In this document: positions 41,919 to 55,908 of the stretch, one piece after another
Layout of the letters: each line of letters starts with the position of its first letter
Numbering within the stretch: the stretch's first letter is position 1
Assembly: GCA_964247055.1 (NCBI GenBank)
Contig: OZ176057.1
Coordinates: 2,666,001 to 2,730,000, forward strand
DNA: 64,000 nucleotides
Reading direction: 5' to 3'
Origin: Paragordius varius
Taxonomy: Eukaryota; Animalia; Nematomorpha
The notes under the pieces: generated by a model
Seen by the model: only the letters and a program-made list of their open reading frames with translations
The model's database searches: none
What the model was told of the DNA's origin: nothing
Position numbers and translations under genes: made by a program

Positions 41919-42409
41919 GAGATAGTCAGATTACCCAAAGCTAATTTTTATATTTTTAAAATATGAAATTTGAGGGATATAGCGATATCATATTGAATGC
42001 ATAGTATACAAGTTTATTATAAACACCTTTTCCATGTTTAATACTGAATATACACAGTGAACTCAAACAAAATAATATTCTGTTGAATTATCTGATAGCA
42101 TTTCTTATGGTGCTCTTGGTCTTGAGCTTATGAGTGACTCAAGAAATATTTGCATTTTTGTAGGAAACTCCGCATATCAAAGAGTCGCAAAATTAGGGCA
42201 TAAATAATGACAAACAATACTTATAATAAAATATAATTTTAGACGTGGGCTCCAAAAGTTTAAATCGCTGATTGCGCGATAATTTTTATGTATGCTAGAT
42301 TCTTATTAATATTAATTTTTTAAAGGGATTTTTTATATTATATTTAGTGCATATATAAAGCACACCAAACTGTGCATATATTCTAAAACAAAATATATGG
42401 TATTCTAAC

Positions 42410-43048
42410 TAGGGTTGTGCTGACCAAGTCATGACCAGGTCAGTGACTATTTATTTTTTGACCACGGTAAAAAACAGCTGTTTTTTTAAAACTATTTTTG
42501 GAAGAGAACAGTAAGATTTTAATGATTTTTAATGTTAAAATATAAATATTTAACTCTGCTTATTTAACAATATAAAATTGTAATGTATGCATCGTTTTAA
42601 TATTAGCATTTAAGCATATCCAGTTATTTCGAAAAACATAACAAACCAAAAATATGCAATTAATCCATATATGTGAACTATAAAAATGAAAAAACATTTT
42701 ATTGGATATTACAATGATGCAAGAAAGTTTAAAACAAAATATGTAAGATTTTATTTGAAATATCCAGTATTAAAAGCAATGTATTTGAAAATTTAGAAGG
42801 CCACAAACATGTGGCAAAATTTATTTGCAAACAAAATTCTTGATTAAATTTTATTTAAAATATTTCTAAATAATTAATACCAAAAAAATGTATAATATAA
42901 ACTTAAAAAACGTGACATTATTAGTGAAACGCCAGTTTCAGCATTATTTTCACAATCTAATATTGTATAATATTTTTTTAGGTCATGATCATGGTCTGAC
43001 TGGGTCTGACCGGACTTTTTTGTAAAAGCAGTCAAATGAACAACCCTA
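42410..43048. mobile_element. Non-autonomous hAT element (TAGGGTTGT TIR)
   Basis: tagggttgt..acaacccta flanked by a perfect 8-bp TSD attctaac (42402-42409 and 43049-43056); tgacc/ggtca subterminal motifs. Confidence 0.9.
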
Positions 43049-43665
43049 ATTCTAACCTTTTTGTCTTTGGGCCCTACGAGTGATATTAGAAAGTTAATAC
43101 CACCATTGTGGTAACCGCTCCATATAAGAAAATGGCAAAATTTGCGCATAGTTTGCTACATAAATTTTTATTGGTAACAGTTAATTCAAGAATAAATGAC
43201 TAAAGTTTCAAAATTTGGATTCGATAATGTTCATAATCAAATTAAATGGTAAAATTTTTTATATTTTAATGCGCTATTATACGGTTTCCATCATGCCGCT
43301 AAATAGTATAAAATACGCTTCAATCTTTTGATAAAAATTATTTTAGTTGATGTCAAAATTTAATATATAAATTTAAAATTTTTATCGCTCTCAACATTTT
43401 GGTCTTTAATTTGAGAAAACTAACCCATTTTAGGGGAGAAAATTTAGGAACTTTCTGAGCTCACATTTAAAAACTTAAAAATATTGTTTTGCTTTTTATA
43501 TAGTTTTTAATATGTTCTGATATTTTTTGGAATGAAGCATTTAGCTTGCACGAAAAAATTTTATGTATCAAAATATGCCCAACTTTTGCCATTTTCTTTG
43601 CTGCAGATATCGCAAAAGTATGACTCTCAATACTTTGATTCAAATTGGGGTATCTAAATACCCTA

Positions 43666-45538
43666 GAGTGGTACTCATTAAAAAATTTGACGGGCCAAAT
43701 AAAATATATTTTTCTTCGAGGGTTACGAACCTTATAATGGAAAATATTCCATAATTTGACACATATGCACATATTTATGCTATAAATCAACACAATGAAT
43801 TTTTTGCGGATCGCATGTTAATCCAACTAAAAACTCGTTTTGCACCATTTAGTTTAATAAATTAAAATATTTTGATAACAACATTTATTTTGATATTAAC
43901 CAATAACAAGCCAATTTTAATACGTCGTCCATATGATCATCGATTAAGCGATTTCTGTATGTATTCTTGACATACTTCATTTTTGAATATGCCGTCTCAC
44001 TCGTGTAAGTTTAGGGAGAACCAGTTAGTATAACTTGAGCACATTTTTTTATTATTTATTTGGCACATCTTGCCAAAACTCTGCATATCTTTCTTCTCTA
44101 CCATTCTCCTCAAAAGCCTTCGAATTGGAATCATTTTTGAAATCTACGAATTCCAATGATATGCGCCTGATCAAAAAATGCTCAAACTCATTAATAATTT
44201 GACCATATGCCATGGATATTAAATAAGTTTTAAGCATTTTTTAATACTTCTAAATTCGAATCTGAATTTCATCTCATTGTTTAATAATTGCCTATTATGA
44301 AACTAATCCCCCAGGTAAATTCCATATTTTCTTCATATATCGTTTTAAGTGTTGGAAAATATAGGCTTTTATTTATAAATTCTAGTTAATATATTATTAA
44401 TATATTCCCAACCAAATATTTGATTAGCGAATTGGGTTATTATTTTTCTCCCATGAAGACTTGTATTAAAAATACTAAGATAAATAATGTCGCAAAGCTA
44501 GGCTAATAAGACCCACCATTTGTGACTATTATTCCTCTTCAAACTTTCTGTTTTATTTAAAATAATAGATATTCATGTATTAAAGCAAAAAGTCTATTTA
44601 ATACTTTGCAAGGCTTAGCCATCTCACAGCGGTGTACAAAAGAATATTCTTAAACTGACTGTGAATATCTTTCAGAAGGTTTTTGAATTTACACGTTTAA
44701 GTTCTCTGCTATGGATGTGGTTAAGTATATCCACAATCATTTTAAACACTCAATTGAATGATTAATATTTTACACGCGAAACCAAGTTTTGCTGATGAAT
44801 AAAGCAGTAAAAGGATAAATTTCAAATTATATTGGTTTTTCAAAAGAGGATTAAATCCTTTGGTTATTCCAATTAGAGAGGGACATCCATCTGTGCAGAT
44901 CGAAACCAATTTTTTTATAGATATACCATTATTGTCCCATACTAATTATTTTGAGAAAATCACTTTCTTTCGTGGTATTATTCATTGATAATTGAAATTT
45001 TCCTTGTTTACTATGTTATCGTTGCAAAAATTCACGGAGGCACATTGAGGTGTTAAACTAATATCAGTGCTAGAATCTATAGCAATATTAAAATATTTCC
45101 GGTTTTTCAGAGCCAAAATATATTGTTAAAAATATATTTAGACATATCTTCAATGCGTCAAGCACATGTTGAATCAGAAAGTTGAATTTTTTAGTTTGCC
45201 TCATTATTTGATCTTTATTATATATCAAATACAAGAGTGCAACCATTTATTAGCATTCTTTTATTAGTTGGGAATCGGTAAACGATAAAAATGCAAAAAA
45301 ATGTCAAAATATAAAAGAAAATAGAAAAAAACACGTGTGCTAAAATTTTGAAATCATTAATGTAGGGAAATTTTCCACATTTAAATTGGGTAAAAATTGA
45401 AAATTACGAAAATTCGTTTATGTGTATTTTGAAAATTCATCAATAAAAAATAATTTAAGTATCAATATGGTCATAGAGCAATTTGAAAGCACTCTAAGGG
45501 CCGCATGGGGCCCGCGGGCCGCGGTTTGAGTATCACTG
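43666..45538 (-). mobile_element. hAT (Buster/Charlie-type) transposon, ~1.9 kb, decayed
   Basis: Right terminus ttgagtatcactg with gcggcccgcgggcc motifs; left gagtggtactcat; imperfect CTAGA-centred duplication (ccctagag / cactagag). Confidence 0.8.
43905..45240 (-). pseudogene. Disrupted hAT transposase (GTF2IRD2/ZBED5/SCAND3-like)
   Basis: Frame-shifted fragments LSDSTCA*RIEDMS, FNIAIDSSTDIS, LVSICTDGCPSLIG, CFIHQQNL, LLYTAVRWLS and TYTSETAYSKMKYVKNTYRNRLIDDHM (hATC dimerisation region); several stops. Confidence 0.9.
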
Positions 45539-46510
45539 CCACTAGAGTATAATTAAGTTGATATTTTTGAAAATTACTAAAAGATACGATCCTATTTTTT
45601 ATTTTATGCCTCCATCCTAATACACATGTTATAATTAAGCCAAATATATGAATAAAATTTTCGAGGCCATTTTTATCTTCTTTCATTTTCTTAATGTTCA
45701 TTAAAATAAAATTAAAGATAACTTTTTGATCATATCTGTCATTAATATAATGAGAATAAGTAGTTATATTTGTATTTTTATTTAACTTAGCCAATACACA
45801 CATGTCATGTTGACTAAATTCCTTTAGATAATATCTTAAAATAAGTGATATCTGGTATTTTTGAATTCTTTAATGTTTCGATTCATTATCTTATATAAGT
45901 GCGACCTTTGCCATGGATTTAATTACTTCCATATTTTCCATAGTATTTAATTTTAAACAGGCCTGGGGTATTTAACACCCAATTTAAATCGAAAGACTGA
46001 TAATGTGTAGTATGCAAGTGATAAATCACTCTTAAGCGGGAAAACTAAAAGCTATGATAAATTCTGGTAAATTTTTAACAGAATATTTACATATCATCAG
46101 ATTATTTTTTTCCGTATATTTTTCATTTTATTATTACCAAAGTATAATACTGTATAATTTTACCCAAATGCACAAAAATGGTTTTAATAAATTTCAAAAC
46201 TATAATATTTTGGGACAAAAGCGCAATAAAATAATTGAAAAAATTTTCAAACTTATCGGTCAACTTCTAATCCAAAATAAATAAATCAGATGATATCTCG
46301 TTTAGAAATACGGAACAAACGTTCTATTTACTAAAACTAATTCGTGTCCCTAATTTAGGCCAATTTTTATTATATTTTCAATCCTTCACATAAAATATTC
46401 TTATGATGCCAACTTAAGAAGCATAGCGATTAATTTGATTGCATTCGGCCATAAACTTTGCATTTATTTGTCTTTTCGCTACATCAACACGAATAAAAGA
46501 TTTATTAACA

Positions 46511-49500
46511 ATGTCTACGCCTCGGAAACGAAAATCGGATGTTTTAACACCTAATTCTCCATCCACGTTAATTAAACATTCCAATAAACACAAATTTGCT
46601 TTCGAACCATCACCCAAAACCAAACGTAGACATTCAAAACGGATTCGTACAGAATCGGAATCTTTAGCTCCAGATAATTTGGATGATTACACTTATCAAG
46701 TAGTTTTATAGGAAAAGTTTTGTAAATATTAAACCTATGTCCTTGTACTCTCTTAAAATTGAAAATTCAATTATTATCAGTTTTAAATAATTTGATGTTA
46801 ACGTAGTAAAATTACAGTTTAGTTTCCAAATTTGACTGTTCTTTTTACAATTGTCTAAAATCTTAATAGCAAAATATAAAAAATATTTTGTATAGCGAAA
46901 TACGCGACCTTTCTAAAAAGCTAAATGCATAGCAGCTGAAACTTTTAAACCCTTTAACTTTTTTCTAGGCAAGTATATGTTCACACATCAAACCCGCCCC
47001 CTTTAGCCATGATCCAGCAGCTGTTATTGAATGCTCTAATACGGATTACACTCAAACCATTACGAAAGAAATGGCACTTTCCAACACAGGTTTTAATAAT
47101 TATTCTTTAGACGGTATTCTTTTTAATAAGTCAAAACTATTAAAATAATTTTATTAGAATATCAATTTCAAAAGTTTTAGTTTTATCAAGAAATTTGGAC
47201 TTTAATAAGATAAATATATCCACTAATAAATTATTTGACAAATATTAATTTATTATTTTTAAATTATATTTTTTCTTACAAATATATAGCACCCCGTAAG
47301 ATTCGGGTTTATGCCGATGGAGTTTATGATTTATTCCATGTTGGTCATTGCAGACAGCTGTTACAAGCAAAAAACATTTTCCCCAATGTTTATCTTATAG
47401 TCGGAGGTAGCTTTTTGAAAATATTTGAAAATCCTAAACTTTTGAGTTTTTTTAAAACCTTTTTTCAGGTTACATATTAATTTTCCACTTTTTAATAAGT
47501 TTAGTTTTTGTATACTTGTTTTATTGACTCTAAATATGGAAATATTTTATACACTTTAAAATTTTGTTAATATGCGACTGTCCAAGTATAAATATATAAT
47601 AATTTTATTTTACATTTATAATATTTCGCTAAAATTTTTTTTCTTTACTGTTTAATATTAATGCAATGTTAGGAGTCTAAAATATAAAATTTAACTTTTA
47701 CACTTTATTACGTTTTTAAGCATCGCGCCCAAGTTTATAAATTATAACATTTTTGTGTAATCCTTAATTTTTTTGCGGTCGAAATGCAATCTAAGAGTTT
47801 AAAATATAGCTACCTTTAATTTCTATTTTTGTTTGCGGGAAAAAAACGCTGATAGGACTTTAAATATTTTAACATTTTTAGTTTCTTCTTAAATTTTTAA
47901 AATTTTTTATGGAAGTTTTAAGTTACCAGCTTGAATATTTTTTTTTTGCCATTTTTATAAACTTTAACAATTTACCGTAGAAAATAAATCGCAATCACCT
48001 AAACTTTATGAAAAAATTCATTTTTTTAAACTTTTAAACCTTTTTTCGTGGAAAACGTAGAAAATACGCAATCTTAATTTTTTTAGCTCATATATTATTA
48101 TAAAAAAAAGGTTCAATTTTTAAACTTTGCAAAAACTTTTTTTTTCAAATTTTCGTGCAAATGCTCGTTAAAATCACGAGCTCGAATATTATATTTTTTT
48201 GCCATTTTTATAAACTTTAATAATTTACCCGTAGAATATACGCAATCTAAATTTTTTTCTAGCTCAAATATTATTATAAAAAATTTCAATTTTTTTAAAC
48301 TTTTTTAATTTTCATGCAAATGCTCGTTAAAGTCACGAGCGATGAAATTTTTTTTTGCCATTTTTATAAACTTTAATAATTTACCCGTACAAAATAAATC
48401 GCAATTTGAATTTACCCCCAGCTCAAATATTATTTTTATAAAAAAAGGTTCAATTTTTTTAAAATTTTCGTGTGTAAACGAAGTCACGAGCTCGAATATT
48501 ATAATTTTTTTCCATATTTATAAACTTTAACCTTACCCGTAAAAAATAAACCTCGCAATCACCTAAACTGTCTAAAAAAAGGTTCAATTTTTTTTAACTT
48601 TTTAAACCTTTTTTTTAAATTTTCATGGAAACGCGCACTAAAGTCACGAGTGATGAAACAACACATCGCCTGAAAGGAAAAACCGTAATGAGTGAATCCG
48701 ATCGATATGAAGCTGTGCGACATTGTCGTTACGTTGATGAAGTCTTACCAAATGCTCCTTGGGTTATTGATGCCCCATTCCTTCGAAATCATAAAGTAGT
48801 TTTAAACTTTTGTGAATGTTTTTACCTTTGAATTGTATTAAATTTAAAGTTTAATGAAAAACCCTGGGCGTGTTAAAATCAAGGAGTATGTCCAAATCCC
48901 GTGGTAAAAACTGCAAAAGTATTGAAATTTGCCTCAAACCGAAAAGGGAGGCTTAAAACTGGACTCAAATTTTAGAACAAAATTTTAAATTCCTGAACAT
49001 ACCTCGGAACATAGAAATATATATCGTAAAATAATCTATGGAATCCCAATAACCGTGTCAAACCAAAAATACCTATTGTTATATACTTTGTGTGAGATGA
49101 AAATCATTTGCTAAAACTAATATTAATGTTTAAAGTAGGGATCTGTTCTCCAACATAAACGATTTCGGGAGCAGCATTTTTACTTTGTAATATAAGAGCA
49201 TTAACTAATACCTTATTAGATTTTTTACAAATATAAGAGCGTGAAATTCAAACTCAATTAACCAATTTCTAGTACGTTTCCCTTATAAAAAAACTTATAA
49301 ATCCTTTAAATAAATACATTAAAATTTAAATTATACGTATTAAACGTATAAAATAAAGAAAAATCTTTTTTTTTCAAAGGACAATTATAATTTTTTAAAC
49401 CTTAATTTTTTGCGCAAATAAATTATTTATATCCATTTATTTAATATATAATTGATTTTGTTGTATCAATATACAAGTGTAATTCATACTTTGCAATTCT

Positions 49501-52500
49501 AAACATTGAGTTATAACAAAAACAAGATTTAAAATGTATGGGTGTTTTGTGGTAAATAATATTTGTCTTTTTTATATTTTTACGCGCTGTCCGTAGTATA
49601 ATTTCAATTTTTACTGTATCAATTTCAATAAGATTTTGCATTTTTGCAAAGTAGAGGAAAGAATTCTAATATTGTATAGTTCTTACTGCCAAAGTTTATA
49701 AATTTATACTATTGTGTTTTTAATTAGGATAAATTTTTTTTCAATAGTAAATTGTTTTAATAAAGTATTTTCACAGCCATATATGAATAAAACTAAATGT
49801 GAATATGAGTATTATTTAATGTAAGAACATATGTTACTTATGTTTATAATAATTTACAAAACTTATCTATTTTCCAATCAAAAAATCCATATGTATATTG
49901 GCTCTCGTATTGGGTAACTTTTAGTATAAAATGACCATTTATTCCGATTAATTTGTAAGAACAGCCAAATTTTTTTTACCAATTATTAGTTTTTAGTGAT
50001 TTTACCTTTTAGAAAACGCAATTTAAAAAAACAAACTTTGCCCTAGATATACCATTTGTTTGGTATTTGGTTTTAATAAAATTGTTTTTTTCCAAATATA
50101 AAATCTCAAATTATAAAAACAATTTTTTCCCTTAATTTCCCTAATTTTAGGTTCGTTTATTAACTAAATTTCTAAACTTTAAATAAAATAATCTAAAAAA
50201 AATTTGTCCTTAGATAAATAAACACTTTTTTACTTTTAGATTGATTTCGTTGCACATGATGATATACCATATACCAGTGCAGGTTGTGAAGACGTTTACA
50301 AAGATATAAAGGCCTGGGGTAAATTTCAAGCAACTAAAAGGACAAAAGGTCGGATATATTTTTTTTCGGGACAGAAAATTAGAGTTTTAAGATATATGGA
50401 TACTAAATCTATTTTTTATTGAATATTGGATACAGTAGCGTATGGTAAAAAACTACAAATGATTGAAATTGAACAATTTTATACCTCTGTATTTTACGGT
50501 TATTTAGTTTATTTTATGTTATGGTTCAACTTTCTTTTTATACCATACGCTACTTTATTTTATATTTACCATTGTATATAAAAAATATGGTAAAAACAGT
50601 TTTTTCATGAATTTTTTCTCCATATATTTTCCATTTGCTGTTTGTTATGTATGGAGAGAGGAGACATATTTTTAATATACTTTGATTTTTTAATTAGTTT
50701 TGCTTAATGTTTTTTAACTCGTTCAAATTTTAAAATCTTATATGCTTGTTCAAGTTTTTATAATTTATTATATTGACGTCATTAGACTCACGAATTAATG
50801 TGGTAATTCTTTTTAATAATTTATATCTTAAAATACAAATGAAATATTTTTAAATATAATAATATAATAAATACGTTGAATATATCTAAACTATGATAAT
50901 CTTTTTAAAAATTTACGGTATCTATTAGTGTTAATTAGATAGACTTTATAAATTTGGTTTTTGTCACAATTATTAAAATTTTTTATATTACCTAAAATTA
51001 TTGGGTTTTATTCCATTATAGGTATATCGACTTCCGATATCGTTGCTCAAATCGTCAAAGATTATGATGTTTATGCCCGGAGAAATTTAGCCCGCGGATA
51101 TACCGCTAAACAACTTAATGTGGGTTTTTTGAAGGTAACGTCTATACGGTTAATCGAAAATACATCTAATTAAATTTTAATTGATGTGTGTATTTTAATT
51201 AACCTTTTTTTGACCATAGGAGAAAAAATATCAATTTCAAAACAAGTATGATAGCGTTAAGGATAAGGGTAAAGCTATTGTGAACAAGTTTGAAGCTAAA
51301 AGAACTGAACTTTTGAATGTTTGGGATGCCAAATCGAGAGAATTTATTTCAAATTTCTTGGATCTGTTTGGTAAAGATGGAGCTATTGTAAGTCCTTTTT
51401 TTGATGATTCAATTTAAGATTTTAAATTACCTTTTTCCCAAACGGTTTTAAAAATTGCCAAAATATAAATATTTTTTGAAAACAAATATTGGTAAGGTAT
51501 TAAGCATTTTTAAAATCGATCTGAGCAGTCGTTTTTTATATCCTAGGGGCTTATAATGTTTTAAATGAAAAGTTTGAAAAATCATTATTATAATTCATAT
51601 TGACATATCTACCAAAATTATCGCAAAAAATTATTTTATAAGAGGGTAAAAAATTTAAAACAAGTTTAAAAAAGGAGGATTGACCATTAATTAATAATAT
51701 ATCACAAATCGTTTTCAATATCTCATCTATTTTTGTTTTACTTTTTTAAGGAATTAAAATGCTCATTAGTAAACACAATCCTAATCTGTAGCATCAGACG
51801 ATTACATAATTGACGAAAGAAATATGGTTTGAATGTATTTTTCCATCAAAATATATGTCCAACTATTTTATTTCTTTCTTCAATTAATCCAAACTTTATG
51901 TTAAAAAATCCATCGTTTTAGTTTTTTAAAGTCTAGGATTGCATTTAGAAACATTAAAATAATGATAATAAGTTTAGTTAAACGATATAATTCCATTAAG
52001 GATTTTGGTTAAACTCAACAACACACATTTTGTACTCCCAAAAATATTGTTTAAACAAAACTAAACTATAAAAGCCCCTTGAGAAAAGTGTTTATTTACG
52101 GTAACCCTTAAATTTTTATAATATTCCACATTAATTGTTATATGTGTATGTGTGTGTATGTAAGACATCACTTTGGCAAGAAAGTAAAGGGAAATTACGG
52201 CAATTAGCCTTACCACCAGCTCTTAACAACGGTTACAAGAGTCTTAGGGATTTACATAATATTAATTATTCCAATGCAAATTCCAATAATCCCAACGATT
52301 TCAATTCTGACAACAATTCTAATGATTCAAACACATCCTCCACTGATACGACGGAAAATTTAGTTTATAGACAAAACGGGAACATTCCATTGTTATGCTC
52401 CCCCTCTTCTGATCCCGAACATGTGATCCATTATTTGAAGCAAAAACAGCTGCGACGAGAGCAACAATCATTGGATTACAGCAATTTGTTTGATAAGGGC

Positions 52501-52845
52501 AGGCATTTAGGCATGGGAAAAATTTTGCCTTTGTCCGTTGTAAAAGTGCCCAAATCCAAAAAACGGATTAATAAAAGGGTTGTAAACCAAAAAAATGTAC
52601 CTGTAATGACTAGCAAAAGCTTGTCTCAATTATCTGAATTAGAAAAAAATGGACGCTTTTCGGACAATGAAAGCATACTAGACTCAGCAACTTTGTTACC
52701 ATGGCAACGAACATATGATAAAAATGTCTGCGATCAAACTACTTTACCTTCCTTTAATGTCAACAAAGGAAACAATGATGATCGTTTTAGACCGCCTGGA
52801 GCGTTAGAGCGCCATTTATATTCCCCCACTGAAGTTGTTTTTTAA
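46511..52845 (+). CDS. PCYT1: Choline-phosphate cytidylyltransferase (CCT/PCYT1), 549 aa
   Basis: Exons 46511-46699, 46969-47089 (KPAPFS), 47290-47406 ([15 protein letters not shown], HxGH motif), 48644-48795 ([17 protein letters not shown]), 50240-50348 ([11 protein letters not shown]), 51022-51134 ([15 protein letters not shown]), 51220-51387 (amphipathic M domain, [13 protein letters not shown]), 52165-52845. 1650 nt, phases consistent. Confidence 0.96.
47900..48658 (+). repeat. Tandem array, ~4-5 units of ~155 bp, in PCYT1 intron 3; overlaps the first ~15 nt of exon 4
   Basis: aa(g/a)tcacgag at 48171, 48330, 48481 and 48641 (true junction), plus a degenerate copy near 47920. Shared body gccatttttataaactttaa..ttacccgta..cgcaat..ggttcaatttt. 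Confidence 0.9.
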
Positions 52846-55082
52846 TGTTGAAAGGAGAGATACCGATTTTTTGGTGTTTGTTTTTGTACGCTTTTCTTTT
52901 TTACCGTTTGTAAAGTATTAGAAATATAAATCATAGGTTTTATATACACTATTTTCAGTTTTTTTGTGCATATTTATCCCATATTATTTTTTATACTTAA
53001 CATATTGTATGATAAACTTATTTTTTTGTTATCTTGGACAGATGGATATTTATTATTTTATATAATTTTATCATAACATGTGATTTAATGCAATGTATGT
53101 CACACACTTTAACATGTGATTTAACACACAATCACATTATTCGATTATTGTAAACCCACATACACTTTTACTGATACATTCATATAAAATATGATTTTGC
53201 ATTTAGTTTAGAATTTCGGACATAAATATATATAATTTATTGGGGGTTAAAACTTTTATAACTGCACTCATTTACAACACATGGCATTCGGCCTTTTCGA
53301 TATGACTAACATATTTTATAAATATATATTTTTATTAACTTTATATTGCTTGCTTTTCTTCTGGGTTAATTTTGTATTATTTTCTACCTTCGCTGCTGAA
53401 ATGCCTTAATAAATATATTTATAATTCATTTTTTTCAAAAGTGCATTTATTAGTTTATATAAAAGGGGGCGCATAATGTGTGTTTTTGAGTTTTTAACGT
53501 CCATACATGTGTAAAAACATATGTTTGATTTAACAAAGTTTTTATCAATAAATCTATTTAAAAAATTGGTAAATTTAATTTGTTTGAAAATGAATTATTA
53601 CATTATTTTGCGGTATGGCGCCCCCTTTTTTAAGATAAAATCAGAGACAATTGTTTACATATATTATTTCATTATCAAGCTGCTTACAAAATAAAGATTT
53701 TAAATAAAAATGTACAATAATATTATATTAATCATTTTTTATCATTTATTTATATATATAAAGTGAGTCTCTTATATTTACCACGATAGTATGACAAATT
53801 CTTGGCTCAAAATCCATATAATTTAATTAATAATGTTCAAATAATATGTTTACTAAATAATATTTTTCTCGAGGCAAGGTTAAAATGGGAAAATAACTAA
53901 TTTTCGTTTTCAAATTGTTTTTGCTTAATTTCTGAGGGTTTTACAATGCCCACAAGTAAGTTTTTAAGAAGGAATTAATAAATTTTATTTAAAATATAAA
54001 ATGCATATATTATCAGCATAAGCTAACAAATCTTGCTCTAAATACAATTGTCTTTAATTAAAAAGTTAAGCAACGTTTTTTAATCAAAAAAACTATTTTT
54101 TTTTCATATTTGAACCTACATAAACAAATTTTCACAAATTTTTGTTAAATAATATAGTTTTATCAAAAAAAATCTGATTTTTGCATTTTGGACGTTTTCC
54201 TTTATTAAAAACGGTTTATCAAAACATAAGGTTACGAATCATGGATGTTTTTAAAACCGTTAGTTGTTAAGCTAATAATTAAATCCATTTTAAAATAATT
54301 GAAATAAACATACAGACAAAACTTAAAAACATAAAGATAATTGAAAGGACCGCTCGATCTCCTTATTTGAACACATAATTTTTTTTAAATATAATTTGGA
54401 AATCGTTCAATGTAATTTGATAACACAATAAATTTTAATAATTATTTGAAAAAAAATATTTCTTTATTGTATGAATTTTAATTTTACTGTATATACAAAA
54501 TGGCTCTTTTTATATTCTTTACACACTGAAGATTTCTTCTATCTTAAAACAAAAATAAAAACCAATATGATATAGACACCAATTTTATATAAAATACACT
54601 TAAAAAATGAGATTTAACTTTTTAATTTCATATGTGTATTTATTTTCATAGACTGATGATGATATGCCAGAAACTTCACATTTCTTGGAACATTAATATA
54701 GAAATGAAAAAAAAAATCTGCACAATTATATTTTACCCTTCTTAAATTAGTTTTTATTTTTGTCAATATTATTCAAAATTTACGAATTCGTTGTAATAAT
54801 GTATAAACCTGAGAATAAATAAATTTTTTAAGCATTGTTAATTTAAAAAAAAGCATTTTTTCCCCACACTCTTAGATCGTAAATCATTTTTTAAAATTTC
54901 AAATTAATTTTTTTAGACTAAACTCAAAAAATATGATATATATATATAATTTATTATATTACAAGTAAATACGATTCAATAGTTTTTAACACAGTACAGT
55001 AATATATGGTGTATATTAAAGCCCAAATATATTATATATAAATAAAAATGAATATGCATATATAATGAAATATTTTGATCTT

Positions 55083-55124
<42 letters not shown>

Positions 55125-55908
55125 CACCATTATATAAATTGAATATAAAAATATAACATAATAAAATATCCATGATATGGGTATTCAAACGTAATTAGTA
55201 ATTATCAATTTGGCATACAATGAAAAATAAAAAAATTTTAATTTTGAAAGTAGATAAGGTAGGCTGCCATTTTTTAGAAACAAAATTATATTATTTATCC
55301 GCAGTTTTTTTGAAATCGGGGGGTAGTTTGATTTTAAAGCTTTTTACTTTTCTTGTAACGTGGATAAAAATATTAGGGCTTTAAAATGTGGAAATCTATG
55401 TCATTGTTACTTTTTTAAACAAATTAATGCCAAATATCATTCATACAGAAAAGATAATCATTATTATTGATGAATAGCAGAATAAAGGAAGCTTGAGCCA
55501 ATATTTATGCATATTGCTATATGCTGCCACGGGAAAAATTAGACAAAAAAATTTGATTTGACAGTATATATGCTTTTTTACAACAAATTTTATTTTAAAA
55601 TTTAAAGACAAATATTTTTTTAAAATGACAGTCATCTTAACCATAATTTGTTATTTTATTATATAACTATTATGATAATCATTATAATATATATATATAT
55701 GATGTCTATTATCAATCACATCTGTATGTTATTTTTAACTCAAAACGATAGGTTATAACCAAAAACTTAAGGTTTTAAAAGATGTGACTGTCTACATAAA
55801 AAAACATAATTGTTGCTTAGTTTTTACGCTTTGTTTGTAAAAATATTTTTTCAATTACGCAGTAATAAATTATATATGTTTTTTGTCTTTTTACACAAAA
55901 ATTTCCAA

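Noticed and set aside
41672-41944. ORFs spanning the N run
   Set aside because: Artefacts of the assembly gap.
41950-42250. Coding-like minus-strand stretch next to the gap (..FLESLISSRPRA..)
   Set aside because: Several in-frame stops and no family I can name; possibly a decayed transposon ORF. tBLASTx would be needed.
48631-48643. gcgcactaaa shared between the PCYT1 acceptor and the PLD array units
   Set aside because: Only a 10-mer, in opposite orientation relative to transcription, with no further similarity; the arrays are not one family.
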